The position numbers and the translations under genes are program-made. A stretch of 64,000 bases of DNA from Octopus sinensis (Eukaryota). Position 1 is the first letter of the stretch, and the number at the start of each line of letters is the position of its first letter. The DNA is taken from NCBI RefSeq assembly GCF_006345805.1, contig NC_042999.1:41664001-41728000 (forward strand), given 5' to 3'. This document shows positions 26,130-37,650 of the stretch, in pieces. A model generated the notes under the pieces. It was not told the origin of the DNA. It saw only the letters and a list, made by a program, of their open reading frames with translations, and made no database searches.

Positions 26130-26610
26130 ATAGAGACGTTTGTGTGTCTGTGTTTGTTTCCCCTCCACCCAACATCGCTTGACAACCGATGCTGGTGTGT
26201 TTACGTTCCCGTAATTTAGCGGTCCGGCAAAAGAGACCGATAGAATAAGTTCTTGGCGTACAAAGAATAAGTCCTGGGGTCGATTTGCTCCACTAAAGGC
26301 GTTGCTCCAGCGTGGCCACAGTCAAATGACTGAAACAAGTAAAAGAGTGCAAGTGATTATCTTTTTTTGCTTCTAACGTTTCCTTGTTTCAGTCATCAGA
26401 TTGCGGCTAATCTGGGGCACTCTCTTGAAGAATTTTGAGCGAATGAACCGACCCCAGTACTTTCTTCAAGTTCGTACCTATTCCATCAGTCACCCTTGCC
26501 GAATAGGAAACACACCAACAACCGTTGTCAAGGTGTGATAGGAGGCGCGCACACACACCACACACACACTTATTATATATATATATACAGACATGGCAGC
26601 CGTAAAATAG
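26130..26610. repeat. SINE-b 3' half plus an opposite-strand SINE-like segment; old local duplicate of about 28680-29420
   Basis: Both blocks share private variants (CTCCACTAAAGGCGTTGCTCCAGCGTGGCC; GTG(C/T)AAGTGATTATCTT flank) and end ACAGACATGGCAGCCGTAAA. Confidence 0.65.
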
Positions 26611-27202
26611 CGAACTGTAACAGAATAACTCACACAACATTCATGTGACAATATTTTGTTCGAATATCTTAGCTTCAATATATATGATTTTTTTTTTAAA
26701 CTTACACTTTTACGCTGATTTCAGCTGGGAATTAATTAGCAAACAGTATACTTACGTAACACAGTAAATCATTATAATATTGGTTATATGATCAATAACT
26801 GAGATTCTCTGTTAAGTCAAATAATGGATCAATATGTATAATTTGATACGCTTGTATTGCTACAGTATTTTGCCGATCGTGTGTAATATCCCCGGTATCA
26901 GATTCACCTATGTGAAATGAAGCGCAACAGCTTACTTAGCGAATAAATGGAGAATATTCTTTCATATTTTGTAACAAGCAAGGGTTTTTTTTTCCTTCTA
27001 AAGAACGCAAACAGAATAAAGCATTATTATATTTATATTAAAAATGAAAAGAAAATGTTCAAATTAATGCATTAAACCTCTTCACAATTATTCAGTTTTT
27101 TTTCTCTCTCCCCATTTTGATGGTGAAAGACAAGTATTTAAATTTTACAATAGGATTCAGGAAATAGGTTGTTGTTACTGCTGCTTTTGCCGCTGCTAGT
27201 CA

Positions 27203-27261
27203 TTGTGGTGGTGGTGGTGTTGAGACGTTGATGATGGTGATGATGATGGTGATGATGATGG

Positions 27262-27292
<31 letters not shown>

Positions 27293-27409
27293 GATGATGG
27301 TGATGGTGATGATGATGATGGTGGTGGTGATGGTGGTGGTGGTGGTGGTGGTGGTGATGATGGTGATGGTGATGATGATGATGACGATGATGATGACGAT
27401 GATGATGAC

Positions 27410-27446
<37 letters not shown>

Positions 27447-27455
27447 TTGGTGGTG
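27203..27455. repeat. Long compound (GAT/GGT)n trinucleotide tract
   Basis: Directly visible; generates spurious poly-His, poly-Ser/Pro and poly-Met ORFs. Confidence 0.95.
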
Positions 27456-28472
27456 ATGTTTTTGTTTGTTTACTCTCTGAACTGGGTTCCGATTGATCAG
27501 ACCAATGATCAGAACCATTCCAGAGGTGGTCGTCCAGATATTTTTCAATAAATTTTTTCTCCCGGACTACATTATCCAATACTTTTTTTTTCCCCGAATT
27601 TTTTTTTAAACTGGAAGTGTATGATTTCAAAGATATTCTGTTTCCATCTCCAGCCAGCCCAACGACCACGCAGAGAATATCAATGTTCGTTTATCAAAAT
27701 GTTCGAAAGAATTCTGCATACTGAGTTATATGTATATTATGGTTTAAGTATTTATATGTTTAAAATAATCTTAATAATTGATGGTTTACTGCAGTGTTTC
27801 TGTCTCGTTGTGCCACTCTTCAGTCGGAGCTATCTTAGCGATCAGATGTTCACGTTTGAATTGGTCAGAACGTATTATTAATCAAGACATATGTTATTGT
27901 ATGAGTTCTTGCATTTTTGTCTGCGTCTCTTTAATTATATTATCTCTTTGATAGACATTTATACGCACCAAGAAAGTGTTTTTTGCCGATTGCTATAAAC
28001 AAGGGCTCGTGTTCTTGTGAGATTCCACGGTGCAGTGTGATACCTTTGACTGAAGAGAAAGCCCACGAATTCAAAACACTGTAGGGTTTCAAAGATTCTC
28101 TTACATCGGTAAATAGCGTGTCCGAGCGTATTGAGAATGAACAGATACGTTATCTTCACACAATCTTATTACGGAGAAAGTTGGAGAGACATTACCTTAG
28201 TTATCGTTAATATAACACAGTTTCTAATTATTTAAGTGTGATAACGCAGTGGGGTGTGATATTAAGGATATATAGCTACTATTTCTGAGAGCAACTAGGC
28301 AGAGGTTTCTTAGCTGTTTTGGTATAAAGGTAAATATATAAAATATTTAAAACATTTTGAATTCTGCGTTTATATGATTCAAACAATCTTGTTGTGGAAG
28401 AAATTTTGAGGGCTATAACATAAATTTTTACTAACCTGATGTTAGCAATATTATTTGTTATTTGTATAACAT

Positions 28473-28617
28473 AGGCGTAGGAGTGGCTATGTGGTAAATA
28501 GCTTGCCAACGAACCACATGGGTCTGGGCCCAGCCCCACTGCGTGGCACCTTGGGCCGAGCAAAGCCTTGTGAGTGGATTTGGTAGATGGCAACTGAATG
28601 AAACCCGTCGTATATAC

Positions 28618-28648
<31 letters not shown>

Positions 28649-28883
28649 TGTATGTATGTATATGCGTGTATACGTTTGTGTGTGTGTTTGTCCCACCCAA
28701 CATCGCTTGACAACCGATGCTGGTGTGTTTAAGTCCCCGAAATTTAGCGGTTCGGCAAAAGAGACCGATAGAATAAGTTCTATGCTGACAAAGAATAAGT
28801 CCTGGGGTCGATTTGCTCCACTAAAGGCGTTGCTCCAGCGTGGCCTGTGTCAAATGACTGAAACAAGTAAAAGAGTAAAAGAG
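28473..28883 (+). mobile_element. SINE-b copy with a small internal deletion and an empty, diverged target site
   Basis: Site 28496-28510 reads AAATAGCTTGCCAAC (2 mismatches to the occupied target). Confidence 0.85.
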
Positions 28884-29351
28884 TGTAAGTGATTATCTTC
28901 TGATGCGAAACTGACCCTCATTCATAACATAATAATTTTCGCCGTGAACCATATAGCCACGAAGTAGTCTTCATAAACTTTTTAGTGGCTCACAGCGACA
29001 TTAGTATATTAAAAAAAAAGAAAGATCGCACGTATATTGATCTCAAGTTTTTCACGGTCGTCCTAAGGAATTTATTATATATGGGCTATTTGGACATGCG
29101 TCGGATGGTGGTGTGCCCATTTTCTAACTTATGGATAGTTATCGGGAGTTTTTAGCTTCTAGCTTTTACTTGTTTCAGTCATCAGATTGCGACTATTCTG
29201 AGGCACTGTCTTGAAGAATTTTGGGCGACTGAACCGATCCCGGTACTTTCTTCAAGTTCGTTCCTATTCCATCAGTCACACTTGCCGAATAGCTAAGTAA
29301 CAGGAATGGAAATACACCAACAACCGTTGTCAAGGTGCGGTAGGAGGCGCG

Positions 29352-29383
<32 letters not shown>

Positions 29384-30616
29384 GACTCTTATTATATATA
29401 CACAGACATGGCAGCCGTAAATAGGCACCCTTATAACCATTAAAATTTATTTAAATCTGAAATCATACATCCAAATTATTTATTAATTGTTATAATGTGA
29501 ATATTTAATGTTTTTTAGACATGCTCTTTGCATTTTTCAGTGTAAAGTCTCTATTAGGCATATTACTGATGACGAATATTCTCTTGCGGAATTTTTTTGC
29601 CAATTTCATGCAGTAATCTCAAAAGATCTGGCTTTGAAGATGTTTTCTTGTTTTTTCTTTTTATGAAGTGTCTTGTCCATTATGTCCGAGAGGTGTTCAA
29701 TAGGGTGACTAGATTGGCCACGGAAGATTTTTAATGTCATTCTCATCCAACAAATCTTGGGTACCATATTCCATACATAAAGAGCTTTCTTTAATCATTT
29801 CACCACTGGAGACCGATATAATATGTATTAGGCTTACAAAGCATAAGTCCTGGTGTCAATTTGCTCGGCTAAAGGCGGTGCTACAGCTTGGTCGCAGTCA
29901 AACGACTGAAACAAATAAAAAAATAAAAGAAAAACATCCATATAATATATATATATATCTTAACGGCGGCTTCTTCCAATTTCTATCTACCAGATCCACT
30001 CACAAGACTTTAGTTGGTAGTTGGTCCTAGGCTATAGTAGAAAATACTTGCCCAAGGTAAAGGTACCATGCAACTGGACTGAACCCAGAACCATAAAGTA
30101 TGCCTGCTGATTGGCCTCGGATTTACAGTATTATTTCTGACTTCATTTTGTAAACATCCCACAACGAAGCAATTTTTCTAGTTTTTATGCTGATTTTTTC
30201 CCTTTTTTCCCTGCAGAAATAAGAACCAGCCAATGGGTCAACTTGAAATACTTAACGCAAGTATGGTACACTTAACCAAGCCATACTCGCTCAATATTGG
30301 CGACTATCAGTACTTTGTTGTAGAGGAACATCTTGTTTGCAAGAGGCATTTCATACAACAGTTGATTTTGTTCGATATAATTCTTCAGCGATCGGTATTT
30401 GAGCGAGTGGTATTTAAGAAGATTATTTATAATCACCTGTTAATCTGCATGCAGCATTCTTCGTTATTTTATCCGCTTCAACCGTGAGGGTGCGATTATT
30501 CTGGAGCATCATAATGAAAAAACGAAAGGTGTGATTTGACAGAAATTATGTGAAGTAAAATCTGAACGCGTAAAAATCTCTTTATGAGCAAAATCGTCAT
30601 ACACACCGCCATTTCT

Positions 30617-30757
30617 ATCATCATCATAATCAGCAGCAGCAGCAGCAGCATCACCACCACCACCACCACCACCACCACCACCACCATCACCACCACCACC
30701 ATCATCATCATCATTATTATTATTATTATTATTATTATCATCATCACTATTATTATT
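30617..30757. repeat. Compound (CAT)(CAG)(CAC)(TAT) trinucleotide tract
   Basis: Directly visible. Confidence 0.95.
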
Positions 30758-31542
30758 CAGTAGCCTTATTTTTATCTTGGATCCCACTTTCCATTTCACA
30801 ACTGGAGAAGATTGGAAGGACTATTTTCTACAATATGGATACATATTTATCTGTGTTTATGTTTCCTTCACACTTCACCACATCTGATAAGCCATTTTTT
30901 TCAAATTGCTCCCCAGGCCATTACAGAATAGCTGCCGTATTTCATTGTTGGCTGAAATCTTTTCACATCAAATTCTTGGTCATAGTCTCCAGACATTCAC
31001 TCGACCACTGTCAGGAAATAGAGCAAATCTGGGTGCTTATGACAATATGACGTGTCCAAAAATGCTAGTATTCTCTCTACCATCTCACTAGTCCAAATTG
31101 TTTCCTCTTGAGGTTGGCTGGGCGAAGAAATGGGTACATCCTGTGGTTTGTTATGGTGCTCTTATTTTCACTGTATTCTAAGTGTTTTACGTAGGATGTG
31201 TACGGTGCCTAGTAGCGCTATTTTCTGTATTTTAAATATACTTGTATCTCCTAGTGCGTTTTCATATATTTGTCTGAAATAATATATCGTAAAAGTCATG
31301 AGGAATTGTTGTCGTCCTTTTTGCACGTACAACAAGTATAAATTTACAAATTTATTTTGATAGAACGAGAATTTCTCAGCGCATTCAGAGTGAAATGTTC
31401 ACTGTCATTACAAAATTAAGACTAGCGACTGATATGGTAGTGTGAAGTTTATTGTTGATGTGCTCGGAAATGATTATCATTTCAAATGACCTTGAGTAAT
31501 TAAAAGCATATTTCTGTAGTTATAAAGAGATACCTCCAGAAA

Positions 31543-31580
<38 letters not shown>

Positions 31581-31766
31581 AAACAATACATTCAAAAGAG
31601 ATACTTCAAGAATTCAATCGCTACTACCATCCACAACCAATCACTTTCAGGGCACCTGACCATTTAACATCCTACTACTATCATACCACTCCCGCATTCT
31701 TTCATTATTCTTTCTTTTCTGCTTCCTCTTTTTCTTTTCCTTTTCTTTCTTTTTCTTTTTCTTCTT

Positions 31767-31799
<33 letters not shown>

Positions 31800-32078
31800 T
31801 TCTACCCCTCCTCCACCTCTTTCTTCTCTGCCAAGAATTCACAACGACATCGAACCCACAAGAGTAAAAAGGAGAGACAGAGACAGATACAAACAAGGAA
31901 AATGCCCCCTGTATTTGAATACTATTCAAATATTCTTTTTAAATACTTTTCATTTAATTTTTCCAAAATTTGATTGTTTTCTTTACTTATAGTTGATAAA
32001 GTCTCAATGACTGAAACCGGTACTAAAATGTTTCTAATGATAAAATCATGTTAGCATTATCTCCCTTGACTTATTTTC

Positions 32079-32146
<68 letters not shown>

Positions 32147-32231
32147 ATATATATATATATATATGTGTCTGTGTGATATATATATATATATATATATCTG
32201 TGTGATATATATATATATATATATATTATAT

Positions 32232-32273
<42 letters not shown>

Positions 32274-32333
32274 ATATATATATATATATATATGTGTCTG
32301 TGTGATATATATATATATATATATATCTGTGTG

Positions 32334-32370
<37 letters not shown>

Positions 32371-33163
32371 ATATGTGTGTGTGTGCGTGTGCGTATGCGT
32401 GTGCGTGTGCGCGTGCGTGTGTGTGGGTATAATTTGGGGATAGTTAACCTTACACCTAAATGTGGTCTACTGAAGTGATGCCTAAAAGTCACTAGCAGAA
32501 GGTATAAAAGAAGTTAGAATTGCTTGGCTTTACTGAAATTTTCAACATTTGAACACTAATGCAGAGAAAGCCGTCGTGGCCTTAAATTTGAATTAACGTC
32601 ATATAAAACTCGTTACATTGAAGTAACATTTCAAACCGAGTAAAAGCGATCAATAACTAGCTCACTAAAGTTTACGGTCTCGAAAATGAAACTATCATTA
32701 GGGTAGCTAATGAACTTGAAGAGAGACATGGCATAAAAAGCTGACATTGATCTCCTATTCTTTCTCTCTCTTTGCCTCTTACTTTGTTTCTCTCTCCCTC
32801 TCTCTTTCTCTCCTTCGTTCTCTACATAAATCATATAAAAAAGCAGATTTCATTGAGAAGGGTTTATGTAGGCCCTTCAAGCAGAGAACAGAGATCAAAG
32901 AAGACATAAACGCTCCCCTTGTATGCTCTATTTCTTCGTGAAATAAAAGCATAATATAATATAAAATAAATGCTGCCAAATTATCATGAAGTACCGCTAA
33001 ATTTATAGCATCTAACTCTAGGTTCAGGCGTAGCTGTGTGGTAAGAAGATTGCTTCCCAACCACATGGTTCCGTGTTCAATTCCATTGCGTGTACGTGTA
33101 TGCATGTGTGTGTGCGTGCAGTCTTTCTGTCTTTGTTTGAACCCTCACTTCTACTTGACAACC

Positions 33164-33393
33164 TATTTCTTTATTACCCACAAGGGGCTGAACATAGAGG
33201 GGGCAAACATGGACAGACATAGGTATTAAGTCGATTATATCGACCCCAGTGCTTAACTGGTACTTAATTTATCGACCCCGAAAGGATGAAAGGCAAAGTC
33301 GACCTCGGCGGAATTTGAACTCACAACGTAACGGCAGACGAAGTACCGCTAAGCATTTCGCCCGACTTGCTAACGATTCTGCTAGCTCGCCGC
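33164..33393 (-). mobile_element. Complete SINE-a with a 16-bp TSD, nested in SINE-b
   Basis: CTTCTACTTGACAACC at 33148-33163 and 33394-33409. Confidence 0.9.
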
Positions 33394-33477
33394 CTTCTAC
33401 TTGACAACCGGTGCTGATGTGTTTACGTCCCCGTAATTAAGAAAAGAGGCCGATAGAATAACTACAAGGCTTTAAAA

Positions 33478-33815
33478 CAGGCCTGGCCAACTCGAATTAT
33501 ATTGCGGGCCACTTTAATCACAGAAAGTTTTTTCAGGGCCGCTTGGGCACTGACTGAATTGAAAGCATTTTGCTTTCTCATGATATTATTACAATAATGA
33601 ATGAATGATCTTTGATTCAGCATGAAATATTATCATTGCAAAAATAGTAATATCTTTCTTTTTTAATGTTCATTACAATCTTTAATTTTTGATTAGATTT
33701 TTAAAATGTTAATTTAAATAAGCCCATTTGAAGAAAGTATAAAGTATCGAGCGGGTCAACAGGTAAAAGTCTGCAGCCCTCATGCGGCCCGTGGACCACA
33801 GGTTCGCCAGCCCTG
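33478..33815. mobile_element. hAT-type MITE, 338 bp, 8-bp TSD
   Basis: Ends CAGGCCTGGCCAAC / GTTCGCCAGCCCTG; flanks CTTTAAAA (33470-33477) and CTTTAAGA (33816-33823). Confidence 0.75.
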
Positions 33816-34159
33816 CTTTAAGAAATATGTACTATGATCGATGCATTCGACTCAAAAATTTGTCCAGGCAGGGCACCAGCATGGCCGCAGTCTAATGACT
33901 GAAACAAGTAGAAGATAAAAGTTTAAAGGGAAATCCGCAATAGTAAGTAACAGTGTATTTCTCAACCGAGTCTACTTCTCTCAAGTTAATTTCTATGCAA
34001 ACGTACACACCCGTATATATATTTATTTGCTTGTAGTAACGTAGCACGTAGGTGTAATTGTATTATTATGCACTAAAGCAGTGCGTTGAGATAGTGAGTC
34101 TTGAGATTCTGTTTTATTAACTATCCTCAGAGATAGTGCCCATCATTGATTACATATGT

Positions 34160-34185
34160 GTGTGTGTGCCTATGTATACGTGAAA

Positions 34186-34224
<39 letters not shown>

Positions 34225-34330
34225 TATGTATATATGTATGTGTGTATGTATGTATTATGCATGCATTTATGTATGTACACACACCTATATATATATGTGA
34301 GTTTGTGTGTGTGCCTATGTATACGTGAAA

Positions 34331-34377
<47 letters not shown>

Positions 34378-34540
34378 TGTATGTATGTATTATGCATGCA
34401 TTTATGTATGTACACACACACCTATATATATATGTGAGTTTGTGTGTGTATGTGTGCCTATGTATACGTGAAATGATATATATATATATGTATGAATGTA
34501 TGTATGTATTATGCATGCATTTATGTATGTATGTACACAC
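34160..34540. repeat. About 144-bp TA-rich minisatellite, ~3 units
   Basis: GTGCCTATGTATACGTGAAATGATATA at about 34166, 34311 and 34454. Confidence 0.85.
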
Positions 34541-35385
34541 ACACACACACACACACACACATATTCATATGGTGGTTAAAAATTAAACCGTTCCTTTCGC
34601 ATTAGCAACATCTCATTCAGGAGATAAAATTTAATTTTCTTCAATCCCACTTTAACTGAATTTTACTCGCTGCGGTTTCTCTTTATCGAAGGAGACGTAA
34701 TGAAAATTGAGGTTCTTCACGATTCAATCATTATTGGAATACCGAACGTATTGGTTATACTTAACTGCGGAAATCACCCCGAAGGTATTTATTCTCCATT
34801 CCTTATAACATTTGTAAGAATATTTTATCATTTTCCTCATGTTAAATGTGGTCTCTGTATAATAATCCCCACGAATTACATCATAAATACATTCAGTGCT
34901 GGTTATAATGTCTTCTGGCGAAATTCTTATAAGACTGGACATCATAAAATCTTAATTACTTCAAGTTGTATTATCATTAATTCTGCATAGTTCTCAAATG
35001 TTTCAAACTCGTTGTATTCTGCTAATCATTCAAACTCAAACAGAAAGAGTTCAAACATTTCTTAACAAAATACCTTTCTCCTTATGTTAACACACAAGTA
35101 TTTCATAAATATTCACTCGACATAATATTAGTAATTTCTTACTAAATTTCCCCAAAACATTTCAATGAATATTCGGTAAAACACTGAATGAGACGTACAT
35201 TTGCCATTTAAATATGGCTAACCCTTAAGGGCGGATGCTACTGTAGTTTGTAGCCTCAGGACGACACTTCCTCCAGCTGGCTATAGACACACTTTCTGTG
35301 CCCTATCAGTAAATAACAATTCCAAGCCAATAGGAAAAAAGTTCAATTTAGCACACTAAATAAAGAAAATCACAATATATTATGG

Positions 35386-35667
35386 ATGGAAGCACTCCGT
35401 CGGTTGCGACGATGAGGGTTCCGGTTGATCCGATCAACGGAACAGCCTGCTCGTGAAATTAACGTGTAAGTGGCTGAGCACTCCACAGACACGTGTACCC
35501 TTAACGTAGTTCTCGGGGATATTCAGCGTGACACAGAGAGTGACAAGGCCGCCCCTTTGAAATACAGGTACAACTGAAACAGGAAGTAAGAGTGAGAGAA
35601 AGTTGTGGTGAAAGAGTACAGCAGGGACCACCACCATCCCTGCCGGAGACTCGTGGAGCTTTAGGTG
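35386..35667 (-). mobile_element. Headless SINE-c
   Basis: Nearly identical to 25113-25395. Confidence 0.8.
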
Positions 35668-35799
35668 ACTGTCCTTTCACTCGTATCGTTTTATATGTTC
35701 ACAAAACTGCATTAAGAGTTACGTGTTCGTTGTGTGGCCGGGGATGTTTTCGGCTTGGCTGAAATAACATTTACTGAACAACAGTAGAGTATTTAAAGG

Positions 35800-36056
35800 T
35801 AAAAGATAAAGTTACTTTCTCGAGTTATGCCGATTTATAAGGACCAGTTTCCCTGCTTCTATGGCGTATAAATTCCCCACCTGGACGGGATGCCAGTCTG
35901 TCGCAGAGTTACTCATTTTTGCCAGCTAAGTGGACTGGAGAAACGTGAAATGAAATGTTGTGGTCAAGAACATAACGTGCTACGCAGTCCAGGAATCGAA
36001 ATAACAAACTTACGATCATGAGTCAGCACCTTAACCACTAAGCCACGCGCCTCCAC
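35800..36056 (-). mobile_element. tRNA-derived SINE with a conserved-core-like body (superfamily unassigned)
   Basis: Head GTGGAGGCGCGTGGCTTAGTGGTTAAGG...TTCGATTCC; core CCAGTCCACTTAGCTGGCAAAAATGAGT...GACTGGCATCCCGTCCAGG. Confidence 0.6.
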
Positions 36057-37072
36057 AATTCAAAATTCTGGCACAAGGCCAGCAATTTAGTGGAAGGAGT
36101 TAAATTGATTACGACTCCAGTGCTCGACTGGTACTTATTTTATGGCTATCAAAAGGATGAAAGACAAAGTCAACATGCGTGGAATTTGAACTCAGAACAT
36201 AAAGACGCTCGAAATGCCGCTAAGCATTTTGCCCCAAGTGCTAACGATTTTTCCAGCTCCCTGCCTTACAGGGCATTTACTATTACTATGTTAAACATCA
36301 ACGAGCTCTGGGGACTCTTCAATGTGAGATGAAACTAAATTGTTAGAATTTACTGCAAGCTGCTGACGCCTTAGTGATAATATTCCAGGGCGTTATTTTC
36401 AACCTATTAGAAAGAACATCATGTCTCCATCAAGCGAAATTTCACCGTTAACAAAATTCTGAAAATAAACAGACATAGAGGGGAATATACTCTTGAAAAA
36501 TCTTTGACCATATCGTCTGCTCAGCAGCAACAATAAAAACAACATGCAATAGCATTTCCGGCATTTAGTAAGCTTACAAATTTCTACATTTCGTATCTAA
36601 CGGATCCATTAACTCGCTAAAAGTTTAAAAGTTTATTGTATGAAACGCAAAAACGAAATAAAGCATCGAAACGATATATGTCAACACAATGTCTCTAAAT
36701 ATCGATTACCATAACGAGATACAATGTGGCAATAAACCTTTTATTCTATTTTATCGCACACAAAAACAAAAATAATAAAATAATAAATGTCACCATAACC
36801 TCGAAACACAGTTCACACGTACTTTTATTTTGATAACCATCGAAAGTAAAGCCGACAAAACGAATTCGTTCAATGAATGTAAAATCATAAAAGTAATTAA
36901 GTGTAAATTACACGTTGCGCTGTTAAGCACTAGAAAATGATAAGTTTCAGAGGAAGTGCTGATATATAATTATTTACATATACAGACATATGTACCGAGT
37001 ATACATACACACGGATACGTATACAAGTATACACACACGGGCGAGTGCGGAGGCGAAAGCACTTATATAAGT

Positions 37073-37461
37073 ATTTTTCACTCTATTACATGTTTCAGTA
37101 ATTTGACTTCGGCCATGCTGGAGCACCGCCTTTAGTCGAGAAAATCGACCCCGGGACTTATTCTTTGTAAGCCCAGTACTTATTCTATCGGTCTCTTTTG
37201 CCGAACCGCTAAGTGACGGGGACGTAAACACACCAGCATCGGTTGTCAAGCAATGCTAGGGGTACAAACACAGACACACAAACACATACACATACATACA
37301 CATATATATACATATGTATACGACAAGCTTCTTTCAGTTTCCGTCTACCAAATCCACTCACAAGGCATTGGTCGGCCCGGGGCTATAGCAGAAGACACTT
37401 GCCGAAGGTGCCACGCAGTGGGACTGAACCCCGAACCATATGGTTGGTTAGCAAGCTACTT
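37073..37461 (-). mobile_element. Body and tail of the host SINE-b split by the triple Tx1 insertion
   Basis: Matches 23062-23470 (6 differences in about 138 bp checked). B-box at 37420-37430; truncated at the target GTTAGCAAGCTACTT (37447-37461). Confidence 0.93.
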
Positions 37462-37650
37462 TATTTCATAAAATTTGCCATTTAGGCATTTACAAAGAGG
37501 GGACAAACAAGGACAGACAAATATAAAGGCTGAAGTAGCTTAACACAGTTACAATTTTCGAATGAAATTACGGATAAGATTATAAACAATGAATTTTACG
37601 AAGGCAATGTTTAAAAATATTAATGATCATGTCGAAGGACGGACACCCAG

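Larger units (their letters stand above)
33022..33920 (+). mobile_element. Old SINE-b-like copy carrying two nested insertions
   Basis: Head at about 33025-33072. The body resumes at 33410 after a SINE-a and at 33824 after a MITE, and ends ATGACTGAAACAAGTAGAAGATAAAAG. Confidence 0.7.

Noticed and set aside
27138-27551. Poly-His (136 aa) and poly-Met/Val (107 aa) ORFs as real proteins
   Set aside because: Any frame of a (CAT/CAC)n tract is open, so there is no independent support.
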